From the NCBI GenBank assembly GCA_964035545.1, contig OZ037767.1:13191801-13255800 (forward strand): a stretch of DNA of 64,000 bases, in the 5' to 3' direction. A program made the position numbers and the translations under genes. Below are positions 50,201 through 63,856 of the stretch, in pieces; the stretch's first letter is position 1, and each line of letters opens with the position of its first letter. The stretch comes from Bugula neritina (Eukaryota; Animalia; Bryozoa). Below the pieces are notes generated by a model that ran no database searches, was not told the DNA's origin, and saw only the letters and a program-made list of their open reading frames with translations.

Positions 50201-53200
50201 TGCCTCCTGATAGACCACCACTTGGGAGATCAATATCAGCAGATGGTGCTTTAATATCTGCTGAAGGAAGATCTATACCTCCTGATACACCACCACTTGG
50301 TAGGTCGATGCCCCCAGATGGTCCTTTAAGCTCACCATCAGCTTTTGGCAATTTCACTTTAGATTTTCCTTTTCCTCCGATCTTAGGAAGTTTAAATCCT
50401 GCAACACCAATCACATTTTTGAAACAGAAACAAATTTTTGAGAGCAATTTGATGCTTTTGTATAATTCATGTGCTGTGTTTCTTGAGCAACTTACCAAAG
50501 CCACTTTTCTTCTTTTTCTTCCCATCCTTATCATCATCACTACTAGAGCTAGAAGAAGAGCTGCTACCACTTCTGGATCTTGATTTCAGCTTCAAGTCGC
50601 CACCAATACTATAATGATTTCAACATAATATAGAAAACTTTCTTGCACAAGAGATCTGCATAAATGCAAACTGTTAGGTATCTATGACTACACATTTGAT
50701 CGAATGCTCTGTCATCAAACTAATCAACGCGCAAAATATTTGTTACTGTATATTGATTTTTAAATGCATTTAGCTTACCTTCCACTAGGTAAATCAATAT
50801 CTGCAGATGGTGCTTTGAGGTCTGCAGAAGGAAGATCTATGCCTCCTGATAGACCACCACTTGGTAGATCAATATCGGCAGATGGTGCTTTAAGGTCTGC
50901 TGAAGGAAGGTCTATGCCTCCTGATACACCACCACTTGGTAGGTCAATATCGGCAGATGGTGCTTCAATATCTGCTGAAGGAAGGTTTATACCTCCTGAT
51001 ACACCACCACTTGGTGGGTCGATATCTGCAGATGGTCCTTTAAGCTCACCATCAGCTTTTGGAAATTTCACTTTAGATTTTCCTTTTCCTCCAAACTTAG
51101 GTAGTTTAAATCCTTCAATCATAATCACAATTTTGAAACATAAAGCAAATTCAGGAGAGCAATTAATGTTTTTCTTTTTATAAAATTTATGTGCTTCATA
51201 TCTTCGGAAACTTACCAAAACTACTCTTTTTCTTCTTTTTCTTTCCATCCTTATCATCACCACTACTAGAGCTAGAAGAAGAACTGCTTGATGAAGAGCT
51301 ACTACCACTTCTGGATCTTGATTTCAGCTTCAAGTCGCCACCAATACTGAAATGCCATCATATGATAAAATACAATCTCTGTCAGAAAACACCAGTATTT
51401 TAATAAAAAGAAGTCGTTCCGAAACTAAATAAAAAAGTTAACTCGCCTGCAGCATATGATCTTAATTAAAGTATCCAACATGTCTGGGAAAGCTGAATGT
51501 GACATGTATTTCAATGTTTAAACTCACCCTCCACTTGGTAGACTAGCGTCTGCTGATGGTGCTTTCACGTCCGCTGAAGGAAAGTCTATACCACCACCAG
51601 GTCCATCAAAGCTTGGTAGTGTAATGCCTCCGGAAGGGTTTTGCAAGTTCCCATCAATTTCAAGACCTCCTGATAAGTTATCTTTGGGTAGGTCAACATT
51701 TCCCGACGGTGCTTTTATGTCAATCGTTGGATCTACTTTAATGTTTCCATCAAGCTCTCCACTTTTCATGCCAATTTTAGGCGATGGCACCTTTTGTTTG
51801 CCATCTGTTTTTGGAACTTTATTTTTAGACTTTGATTTTCCTCCAATTTTAGGGAGCTTAAAGCCTGCAGTGTCAAATTTTCAATTTAAGTGTAAGTTGC
51901 AGAAAAATCTTGTCGGTTTGCCAAGTTCAATAATTTGATTAGTGAACACAACATAATGATAAGTTTGACATAGTAAGCTTGTACACTAAAAGCTTTGTCA
52001 TTTAAACACATTGAGGATGCCACATCTTATACATTAACAAAATACATGCGGTGCTCAGAGCATTTCTCTGTCTCGAGCGCAGAATATTTGAATAAGTTAA
52101 TATAGTCCCATGTTATAGCATATAGCGAAAGGATATTAGTTGCTCGCGACATATTTAGATTCTGTATTTTGCCGGTAACCTACAGTATGGTGTTTACATA
52201 CGCTGTTGGCTGACAAGTAATTGTTAACAAGTAAAGTCCAAGGATAAGTAAAATTTTCAATAAGAACGATATATATTTTGTATAATATTGTATTATCAAA
52301 ATGACTATTGGAACAATAAGGTTATTATATTTAACAACTTTCAAGACTTGTTATATTAAAAGCTAATTAAGAAATTCAGGACTATAGCAGGAAGTTAGTA
52401 ATGAAAAAATCAGTTTCTGCTAAAGTAAACTATTTGCTCTGAAAAAACTCCATGACCACATTATAACAAGGCTATATTACCTAATATGTTTGATCATTAA
52501 AAGCAATATTGCACTTATATACACTTATATGTAGCTCCGTCACAGAAAGCATTTATTGGCTGCTTTAAACTCGCTCTCGAAATTAACTTGCTTGATGACC
52601 GATTAACACTGTTTGCCGCCAGAGTAAAAGGATGTGTGCGCCAGGAAATCCCGAAATTTACGGCATTGATATCACAAGTTTGCAGTCTAATTAAAATATT
52701 TATGCTTTTATAGAATAATTATGCAGCAAAACCCTTAAAGATAGTCAGAGCAATAAATTGAGTAAGTACTTAAAATGAATGAATCTGTAATGATTAAAAC
52801 ATACCTGGTAAATGCATACAATATAAAATCAAATTGCCATTAAAATATGCATACTTTAGCCGCATTTTAGGTGTGCTTAGGTTCTAGCCAATAAGTCTAG
52901 CAAGGCAAGTTACGAAAACTTTTGCTCAATTATTGAAAACCTAGGTAAACTAGCAGTTTAATTAAAACTAAATCTAACATGAAACTCACCAAAACCATTC
53001 TTCCCCTTCTCTTTCTTCTTACCCTTTTTGTCACCGCCACTAGAACTAGATGAGGAACTGCTTGATGAAGAGCTACTTCCACTTCTAGACCGTGACTTTA
53101 ACTTCACACCTCCACCGATACTATGCAATAGAAATAGTATGAGATATCAATTTAACCCAAAAACTTATAAGCTGTTTTATGACTATTTCCCTAAAACGAT

Positions 53201-56200
53201 GGCTTTAAAAACTTGGTTAATTATGCAACAACATTTCTTTAAAATCTACACTTAATACTTGAGGATGTGTAGTTAATTTAACGTGAATATAATAAAAATA
53301 TTTATATGAAGAGCAATGCATACCTTCCGCTAGAAATATCTCCTTTAACATCAGGGAAATCTGTAGATATGCCGAAATTTTTAGCCGGGGATCCATCTAA
53401 GCCTAAGAAGGATACATAAGGTTAGTAAGCTGTTAGATGGCAGCAGCAAAAACACAACCATAATGTTTAAAGCAACAATATTTCAACAAATTTCATTTAA
53501 ACATTGTATTGATAACTTGAGGAAAACTGAATTATACAAGAGCAGCAGAAACACTGTTTCGCGAAAAATCAAACTAATTGATACTGAGAACTGCAATAAA
53601 GTTAGTAGAAGTCAATATTCAATCAGTAAGCGTGTATTGTGAAACCTACTCCAACATGTATTAAAAAGTTTAGGAACAATTTTACACAAACATAGAAGCC
53701 AGCCTGTTAATTGTGACATAAAGTGAGAGTTAAACAGAGCAGCGATACTAAAAGAGTACGCTACTGGCCTGCCGAGACAAAATGAACCTTAATAGACAGT
53801 ATTTGAGAGAAAGTTTTAACACCTACCAGAATCCCACTCGGCTGAGGGCGACTTAATACCTCCGCCAACATCTAACTTTGGTGAAAGACCAGCTTTTGCA
53901 TCAGGAAGGGCACCTAAAATATTGCAAGGATTAAGATTAGGATTAAACAGATAGAAATGGTTTTTGTAAAAGAATTGTTTCACACGATGTCAGAAAAACA
54001 TTTCTAGCCAAGGGGAAAAGTTTAACAAAAGCATACATTAAATGTAGTAAAATTTATATAATGGAAATGAGAAATGTCATACTCCAAGCCCAAATAGTCA
54101 ACAAAAAACATTTATTTCTCAGCAATCAGATTTAAAAAAGAACTGGATCATCATACATTCAAAAATCTTAAAAGCATCAACTGCAATATATGGGCAAAAT
54201 ACAAATTGAATCATTATTAAGTAAAGCGGAGTTAGCATCTATGGTGAACAATATTTTGCTGAATCGATAAAAAGGACAATCAATCATGTGTGGACCATTT
54301 TTAGTAACCTGGTTGACTGGAATTAGGTGAAAGGTCCACATCGAGTCCAATGTGACCTCGTGGAGCTTGTATGTCAATAGAACCTTCAACTGGAGGTACT
54401 TTAAAACCTTTACTTTTGTGTTTACCATTTGGACTACCAACATCTGCAGAAAGATCTAACCCAGCATCAGGACTGAGACTCCCGCCAGGAAGGGATCCAT
54501 CAATCTTTGGATCTAATAATGAGTTAAACTTGATTTTACAACAAGAATATTAATAAATGAAAACGCATATAGAAGTACACAAGAATAAAATGTGAAGCAA
54601 AAACTAATGATGATTGAGGAAAATTTACTACGCCGAATGTTCATTATATTAGTTGAGATTAGAGTGGAAACAATACAAACAGGTGTTCACACAACACATG
54701 GAAACATTTAATAGCATGCTTAGTAAAAAAGTTTCACAAAATGATATAGATTAAGAACAATGTGCATTAGATTATGTGCAGCAGGCTATATACAATGGGT
54801 AACTTTTTATTTAAAACAAATGCAGCTTCATGTAGAGGTAGAGCTACGTATTAGGACTTTAAAATCGAACCAAACATGCATAAAGTGGTAAAATGATTAC
54901 ATCAAAATCACGGCGGAGAGAGAATTATTTTGTAACATATAATTCTGTTTACTGAAAATAAAAAAAATGATCATAAATTTTTGAAAAATCAACAAAGTAA
55001 TCCTTGAATTAAAACAGAGTCTTAAAGACAAAACAATCTGGTCTTCATGACTCGGTCTGAGTAATGCTTGTGATGGAGAGATTAAAAGAACAGGACAACA
55101 CTATAAAAGATAAACAGACCTTTAATATGGATAGAAGGAGGAGCAGATTCTAAGGAAGGTATTGAGCTAGCCACGATAACATCAGGTTCTTCTATAGTTA
55201 AATCAGGTCCTAAGGAAGTACATGCACAGTAAAACAGCAAGCAGGCAAACAAGACAGTAACACACAACAAAAATTAGATGCACATAAAAACGGTTAGCAA
55301 GGTGATAGAAAGTTCACACTAACAACTATTTCAATCGTTGCAACTGACGTAAAAAGAAGACAGGCTCAAAGAGAAGAAAAGTAACAGCATTGAGATTGTA
55401 GCCAACTGCCCAAAAGATTTAAGTTTATAAACAATTAATTCAGAACAGAAATTAGGACATTTATAATCAAAATCTATAATGTAAATTCAAATCGTAAACA
55501 AGAAAATGCTAAATTTTGACTAATTCGATGTAAAGGACCCAAATACCTTTAACAGATAATTATAAAATGCAAGTAAAAGTGCAGTAGGAGTTTTCGAAAA
55601 GAAAAAAAATCTACCTGTGTGTTTTCCTCTCCCTGAAAGGCTTGGAAACTTAACTTTAGGTAACTTGAATCCACCTTTAGCTTTAGTCTTGGGACTACCA
55701 GCATCAATACTTAAATTTGCTTGTGGAGTATCAGGGTCAAAACCAGGAGTTGGAAGATTGACATCAATATTTCCTTCACCTTGCGGTAAATCAATGTCGA
55801 CACCCTGGTTTTTTACATCTGGGGCATCGATGTCAATACCTCCTTTAGCTTTACCTTTACCTCCAAACTTAGGAAGGTGGATATCTGGCATATTAAATCC
55901 AAAGCCACCTTTTTTCTTGCCCTTCACCTTTAGATCTCCACCAGGACCATCAACATCAACACTAGGTGCATCCACATCAACTTCTCCAGATGGTAAACTA
56001 ACATCAAGGTCTCCAGATGGTAGCGTGACATCTACATCACCTTCGGCTTTTGGCAGATCAACGTCAACATCAGGGGCATCAACATCAATATCTCCTTTAA
56101 CTTTGCCTTTACCTCCGAACTTAGGAAGGTGGATGTCTGGCATATTGAATCCAAAACCACCTTTTTTCTTGCCTTTCATTTTCAAATCTGCATCTGGACC

Positions 56201-59200
56201 ATCAATATCTGCATCAACATCGCCAGATGGCAAATCAACATCATCATCTGCAGATGGTAGCTTCACATCGATATCTCCTTCGGCTTTTGGCAGATCAAGG
56301 TCAACATCAGGGGCATCAACATCAAGGTCTCCTTTAACTTTGCCTTTACCTCCAAATTTGGGAAGGTGGATGTCTGGCATATTAAATCCAAATCCACCTT
56401 TCTTCTTGCCTTTCATTTTCAAATCTGCATCTGGACCATCAATATCTGCATCCACATCACCAGATGGCATATCGACATCAACATCTGCAGATGGTAGCTT
56501 CACGTCTATGTCTCCTTCAGCTTTTGGTAGATCAACGTCAACATCAGGGGCATCAACATCTCCTTTAACTTTGCCTTTGCCTCCGAACTTGGGAAGGTGA
56601 ATGTCTGGCATATTGAATCCAAAGCCACCTTTCTTCTTGCCTTTCATTTTCAAATCTGCATCTGGACCATCAATATCTGCATCCATATCACCAGATGGCA
56701 AATCAACATCAACATCTGCAGATGGTAGCTTCACGTCTATGTCTCCTTCAGCTTTTGGTAGATCAACGTCAACATCAGGGGCATCAATATCAAGATCTCC
56801 TTTAACTTTGCCTTTACCTCCAAACTTGGGAAGGTGGATGTCTGGCATATTGAATCCAAAGCCACCTTTCTTTTTCCCTTTAACTTTCAAATCTGCATCT
56901 GGACCATCAATATCAGCATCAGGCGCATCAAAATCAACTTCACCAGCTGGTAAATCAACATCAACATCTGCAGATGGTAGCTTTACATCTACATCACCTT
57001 CAGCTTTTGGCAGATCAACGTCAACATCAGGGACATCGATGTCAGCACCTCCTTTAGCTTTGCTTTTACCTCCAAATTTAGGAAGATGAATATCAGGCAT
57101 GTTGAAGCCAAACCCACTTTTTCTCTTGCCTTTGACTTTCACTTTACCTTCTGGGCCATCTACATCTACTTCAGGAACATCAAGTTCAACATCAGCAGAT
57201 GGCATCTCAGAATCAATGTTTACATCAGCAGCTGGAAGACCTACATCTATTTCTGGTCGATCAACACCAGGTGCATTAACATCAATTCCACCTTTGATTT
57301 TCCCTTTACCTCCAAACTTCGGAAGGTGGATGTCTGGCATATTGAATCCGAAGCCACCTTTCTTCTTGCCTTTCATTTTCAAATCTGCATCTGGACCGTC
57401 AATATCTGCATCTACATCCACTTCACCAGATGGTAAACTGGCATCTAGGTCTGCAGATGGGAGTTTAACATCTACATCTGCTTCAGCTTTTGGTAGATCA
57501 ACATCAACATCAGGGGCATCAACATTAATATCTCCTTCAACTTTGCCTTTTCCTCCGAACTTGGGAAGGTGGATGTCTGGCATATTGAATCCAAAGCCAC
57601 CTTTCTTCTTGCCTTTCATTTTCAAATCTGCATCTGGACCATCAATATCTGCGTCAACATCGCCAGATGGTAAATCACCATCAACATCTGCAGATGGTAG
57701 CTTCATGTCTACATCTCCTTCAGCTTTTGGTAGATCAACGTCAACATCAGGGGCATCAACATCAAGATCTCCTTCAACTTTGCCTTTTCCTCCGAACTTG
57801 GGAAGGTGAATGTCCGGCATATTGAATCCAAAGCCCCCTTTCTTCTTGCCTTTCATTTTCAAATCTGCATCTGGACCATCAATATCTGCATCAACATTAC
57901 CAGATGGCAAATCAACATCAACATCTGCAGATGGTAGCTTCATGTCTATGTCTCCTTCAGCTTTTGGTAGATCAACGTCAACATCAGGGGCGTCAACATC
58001 AATATCTCCTTTAACTTTGCCTTTACCTCCAAACTTGGGAAGGTGGATGTCTGGCATATTGAATCCGAAGCCACCTTTCTTTTTCCCTTTAACTTTTAAA
58101 TCTGCATCTGGACCATCAATATCAGCATCAGGCGCATCTACATTAACTTCACCAGATGGTAAATCAACATCTGCAGATGGTAGCTTGACATCTACATCAC
58201 CTTCAGCTTTTGGCAAATCAATGTCAACATCAGGAACATCGATGTCCGCACCTCCTTTAGCTTTGCTTTTACCTCCAAATTTAGGAAGGTGAATATCAGG
58301 CATGTTGAAGCCAAACCCACTTTTTCTCTTGCCTTTGACTTTCACTTTACCTTCTGGGCCGTCTATATCAACTTCAGGAGCATCAAGTTCAACATCAGCG
58401 GATGGCATTTCAGAATCAATGTTTACATCAGTAGCTGGAAAACCTACATCAATTTCTGGTCGATCAACACCAGGTGCATTAACATCAATTCCACCTTTAA
58501 TTTTCCCTTTACCTCCAAACTTTGGAAGGTGGATGTCTGGCATATTGAATCCAAAGCCACCTTTCTTCTTGTTCTTCATTTTCAAATCTGCATCTGGACC
58601 ATCAATATCTGCATCTAGATCAAGTTCACCAGATGGTAAACTGGCATCTAGGTCTGCAGATGGGAGTTTAACATCTACATCTGCATCAGCTTTTGGCAGA
58701 TCAACGTCAACATCAGGGGCATCAACATCAATATCTCCTTTAACCTTGCCTTTTCCTCCAAATTTGGGAAGGTGGATGTCTGGCATATTGAATCCAAAGC
58801 CACCTTTCTTCTTGCCTTTCATTTTCAAATCTCCATCAGGACTATCAATATCAACATCGGGTGCATCTACATCAATGTCTCCAGATGGTAGTTTGACATC
58901 TATATCTCCTTCAGCTTTTGGCAGATCAACGTCAACATCAGGGGCATCAACATCAAGATCTCCTTTAACTTTGCCTTTACCTCCAAATTTGGGGAGATTA
59001 ATGTCTGGCATATTGAATCCAAAGCCACCTTTTTTCTTGCCTTTCATTTTCAAATCTCCATCTGGACCATCAAAATCAACATCGGGTGCATCTACATCGA
59101 CTTCACCAGATGGTAAACTGACATCAAGGTCTCCAGATGGTAGCTTCACATCTATATCTCCTTCAGCTTTTGGTAGATCAACGTCAACATCAGGGGCATC

Positions 59201-62200
59201 AACATCAGGATCTCCTTTAACTTTGCCTTTACCTCTAAATTTGGGGAGATTAATGTCTGGCATATTGAATCCAAAGCCACCTTTCTTCTTGCCTTTCATT
59301 TTCAAATCTCCATCTGGACCATCAAAATCAACATCGGGTGCATCTACATCGACTTCACCAGATGGTAAACTGACATCAAGGTCTCCAGATGGTAGCTTCA
59401 CATCTATATCTCCTTCAGTTTCTGGAAGATCAATGTCAACATCTGGCCCCTGGATTTCACCTTTACCTTTAGCCTTGCTTTTACCCCCAAACTTGGGAAA
59501 ATGAAAATCGGGCATGTTAAACTTAAATCCACCTTTCTTCTTGCCTTTAATTTTGATATCGTCTGTTGAACCATCAAGATTAGCATCAAGATCACTATCA
59601 GGCAAGCCAGATCCAGCATCAGGTGATGGTAACTTAACTTCACCGTCTCCATCAGCAGATGTAATGCCTACATCAATTTCGGGACCAGAAATTTTTGGAC
59701 TGTCAACGTTGATACCACCTTTCACTTTCCCTTTGCCCCCAAACTTTGGAAGATGAAAGCCAGACCCACTCTTCTTTTTGTGTGGCTTAATTTTTCCTCC
59801 AACATCCTTGCCATTTTTAGACATATCTGCATCAATTTCAGGTGTTTCAACATCTAGGTCAGCTTCTGGATTTATGGAAGGTAATGTCAAATCAGCCTCC
59901 GGGCCTACAAACCATTGAAACTTTTGAACAAATGTTAAATATCAGTTATATATCAATGTTTCTAAGTCACTGTTTTTAAAGAACAATATATAAAAACTAT
60001 CCCATTTATTTTGAAAAAATAAACCAGAACGTAATGATATCGTTTTATACTCCATTGATATTAATCATTACCTAATTAAAAAAAACGAGGTATATTAAAA
60101 AACATCACACTCTACCGAGCAAATCAGAAACTTTGCCCAACATTTTTTGTAGTGATACAGCAGCTCTCAAAAGGCAGTATAAATAAATCGGTCTTTAACT
60201 TAAGTTTTTAATTTAAAAAAGTATCAAAAAACGTTGTGTTCGAAAATTTAAATTGCAACTTGCAAATATGAAGCTTCTGCTAGTACAGTTTTTAAACAAG
60301 CTAAATTATCTCTACAATGAAACTCTTAGCTAAAAGCCAAAACCAATACGTACAATGGAGTTTCAAAAATATAATTTATGACATTTCAAACCATTTGTTA
60401 ATTCTACAGTTACTTAGCTTAGCATATAAATTGACATAACATAAAAAGAACTTGCATTTAAAGATAACATAATCTTGGGTTATTTCTACACTGAAAATTC
60501 AACTGATTTTGTTTATACCATTGGGTAGAGCATAGCGATTTATAAGCCTATGACCATGTCACCAAAACATTAGTCAGCCAATGTTCTTTTCTGATCAATG
60601 CACATTGACACAAAATTTCATCTATGTACACAGTTTTAAACATTTTCAGATTTAATAGCAGTACAAGTAATGAATGACCCAGACTAACATCTAGGCAGAG
60701 TATTTACATACCAAACAAGACTTAGTTGCTATCCGTACCCTTATATGACGTTGCCTGTTTAAAAAATACTTAGTTATTTAGTTATATGTTAAAAAATTAA
60801 TTTGGAACGCCTAGAACCTACATAGATAGTTTATATATCCTCGACATGCTTCTTGTAGCTTATTGCAGCGATCATATTTTTAAAAGTTTACCATGTTAAA
60901 ATAAAAAGCTAAAAAAGAGGACTTGCTTTTGAAAAAAATTAACGTGCAATTATGATTTAGAATTTGATATAATCAAGTTCAAGTTCATATGCAATATTTA
61001 GGGTCCCATGCAAAGTCAGCAATAATTTTATTTAGGTCTGGTGAAACACCAAATATTTACACACTGTGAAATGCACCTTGTAAACCGAGAGCTGGAGGAG
61101 CTGACTCAAGAGTGGGAAGAGCACTCGCCACAACAATATCTGACTCATCTGCTTCAATACCCAAACTATTGTCTATAATCAAAAAAGTTCACAGCATACT
61201 AAAAGTGCAAACTACTCAACACCATATTCAAAAACACATGCAAACATTCAAGTGATAGATAACAAAGATGTAGGGTGAACAAGCCACAAATTCAACAACA
61301 TTACTAGGCAAAAAGAGCTCAAACAATTGGCTATTTTAAAATTTAATATTAAGCACCTTCATCTCCAGTAACCAATGGTTTGCCAGACAAATCTACATCA
61401 ACTTGAGTTTTGCTTTTGCGCTTCAAACTTAGGAATTTGACTTTTGGAAGTTTGAATCCACTTTTCGCTTTTAACTTGGGGCTGTCAATTTCCACGTCTC
61501 CAAGGTCAACATCTGCAGATGGGAGTTTAACATCTACATCAGTTTCAGCTTTAGGCAGTTCACCATCAACATCAGGGGCATCAACATCAATATCTCCTTT
61601 AACTTTCCCTTTACCTCCAAATTTGGGAAGGTGGATGTCTGGCATATTGAATCCAAAGCCACCTTTTTTCTTGCCTTTCATTTTCAAATCTGCATCTGGA
61701 CCATCAATATCTGCATCAACATCACCAGATGGCAAATCAACATCAACATCTGCAGATGGTAGCTTCACGTCTATGTCTCCTTCAGCTTTTGGTAGATCAA
61801 CGTCAACATCAGGGGCATCAACATCAATATCTCCTTTAACTTTGCCTTTGCCTCCAAAATTGGGGAAATTGATGTCTGGCATATTGAATCCAAAGCCACC
61901 TTTCTTTTTGCCTTTCATTTTCAAATCTGCATCTGGACCATCAATATTTGCATCCATATCACCAGATGGCAAATCAACATCAACATCTGCAGATGGTAGC
62001 TTCACGTCTATGTCTCCTTCAGCTTTTGGCAAATCAACGTCAACATCAGGGGCATCAACATCAACATCTCCTTTGACTTTGCCTTTACCTCCAAATTTGG
62101 GAAGGTGGATGTCCGGCATATTGAATCCAAAACCACCTTTCTTTTTGCCTTTCATTTTCAAATCTGCATCTGGACCATCAATATCTGCATCAACATCAAC

Positions 62201-63763
62201 ATCACCAGATGGCAAATCAACATCAACATCTGCAGATGGTAGCTTCACGTCTATGTCTCCTTCAGCTTTTGGCAGATCAACGTCAACATCAGGGGCATCA
62301 ACATCAATATCTCCTTTAACTTTGCCTTTGCCTCCAAAATTGGGGAAATTGATGTCTGGCATATTGAATCCAAAACCACCTTTCTTTTTGCCTTTCATTT
62401 TCAAATCTGCATCTGGACCATCAATATCTGCATCAACATCAACATCACCAGATGGCAAATCAACATCAACATCTGCAGATGGTAGCTTCACATCTATGTC
62501 TCCTTCAGCTTTTGGCAGATCAACGTCGACATCAGGGGCATCAACATCAAGATCTCCTTTAACTTTGCCTTTTCCTCCGAACTTGGGAAGGTGGATGTCT
62601 GGCATATTGAATCCAAAGCCACCTTTCTTCTTGCCTTTCATTTTCAAATCTGCATCTGGACCATCAATATCTGCATCAACATCACCGGATGGCAAATCAA
62701 CATCAACATCTGCAGATGGTAGCTTCACGTCTATGTCTCCTTCAGCTTTTGGTAGATCAACGTCAACATCAGGGGCATCAACATCAAGATCTCCTTTAAC
62801 TTTGCCTTTACCTCCAAATTTAGGAAGGTGGATGTCTGGCATATTGAATCCAAAGCCACCTTTTTTCTTGCCTTTCATTTTCAAATCTGCATCTGGACCA
62901 TCAATATCTGCATCACCAGATGGCAAATCAACATCAACATCTGCAGATGGTAGCTTCACGTCTATGTCTCCTTCAGCTTTTGGTAGATCAACGTCAACAT
63001 CAGGGGCATCAACATCAAGATCTCCTTTAACTTTGCCTTTACCTCCAAATTTAGGAAGGTGGATGTCTGGCATATTGAATCCAAAGCCACCTTTTTTCTT
63101 GCCTTTCATTTTCAAATCTGCATCTGGACCATCAATATCTGCATCACCAGATGGCAAATCAACATCAACATCTGCAGATGGTAGCTTCACGTCTATGTCT
63201 CCTTCAGCTTTTGGCAGATCAACGTCGACATCAGGGGCATCAACATCAAGATCTCCTTTAACTTTGCCTTTACCTCCAAATTTAGGAAGGTGGATGTCTG
63301 GCATATTGAATCCAAAGCCACCTTTCTTCTTGCCTTTCATTTTCAAATCTGCATCTGGCCCATCAATATCTGCATCAATTCCAGGAGCATCCACATCAGC
63401 TTTCATAACATTAACATCTATGTCAGCGTTGCCTTGTTTCATATCTGTAGCAAAATTTTTATATGATAGGTAAGGATGTGGAAACTTAAGACTAGATGAT
63501 TTGTATATGTCATGCATTTGTGCTGCATATGCTAGCAGCTAGTATGTTTTTCCATCAAAAAGATATTTCATTGACTGACTCTGCGTATTATGAGATAGAT
63601 TCTTTTTACACACCTATTTTAGGCTTTTTATCCCGTCTATTGAACGATGGAAATTTGAAACCACCTTTTCCTTTGGTTTTCAAGCTACCAGAGAGCTCAG
63701 GACTCTTTATTTCAGCATTAGCAGATGTATCTAATTCACCTGATGGAAGAGTGTGGCTCCCTT
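44268..63763 (-). CDS. Giant AHNAK-like repeat protein, 3' portion (>4,100 aa in window; 5' end outside window)
   Basis: Phase-consistent exons 63763-63614, 63444-61357, 61172-61077, 59904-55615, 55209-55120, 54512-54309, 53913-53827, 53402-53324, 53120-52990, 51864-51528, 51346-51216, 51112-50779, 50608-50496, 50398-49840, 49669-49539, 49441-48733, 48562-48435, 48337-47779, 47608-47487, 47384-46601, 46441-46320, 46221-45813, 45645-45515, 45190-44803, 44708-44635, 44470-44268 (TAA). The repeat MPDIHLPKFGGKGKVKGDLDVDAPDVDVDLPKAEGDIDVK...DGPDADLKMK resembles AHNAK central repeat units. The PDZ domain is not visible, so orthology is unproven. Confidence 0.85.
45515..53120 (-). repeat. Tandem array of ~1-kb exon-intron modules (Ser-rich exon + 75-bp-repeat exon)
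   Basis: Eight KLKSRSRSGSSSSS...DKDGKKK exons alternate with seven GFKLPK.GGK.K...(ADIKAPSADIDLPSGGVSGGIDLPS)n exons. The introns are also duplicated. Confidence 0.95.
55780..59560 (-). repeat. ~230-250-bp coding repeats (16 FNMPD units) in a 4290-nt exon
   Basis: Counted from the 1456-aa ORF translation. Confidence 0.93.
61500..63400 (-). repeat. 231-243-bp coding repeats (8 FNMPD units) in a 2088-nt exon
   Basis: Near-identical 77-81-aa units in the 722-aa ORF. Confidence 0.93.
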
Positions 63764-63856
63764 CTGCAATGAAATCCTTATCAATTTAGAAAAAAAACTA
63801 GGACTAGACAATATACTTGATGTCTATATCAAATGCCTATTATGCACAAAGTGTCT

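Noticed and set aside
44944-63473. Long plus-strand ORFs (e.g. 61410-63473, 58302-59504, 46715-47428)
   Set aside because: Antisense shadows of the minus-strand repeat exons. All splice signals are on the minus strand and the ORFs coincide with those exons.
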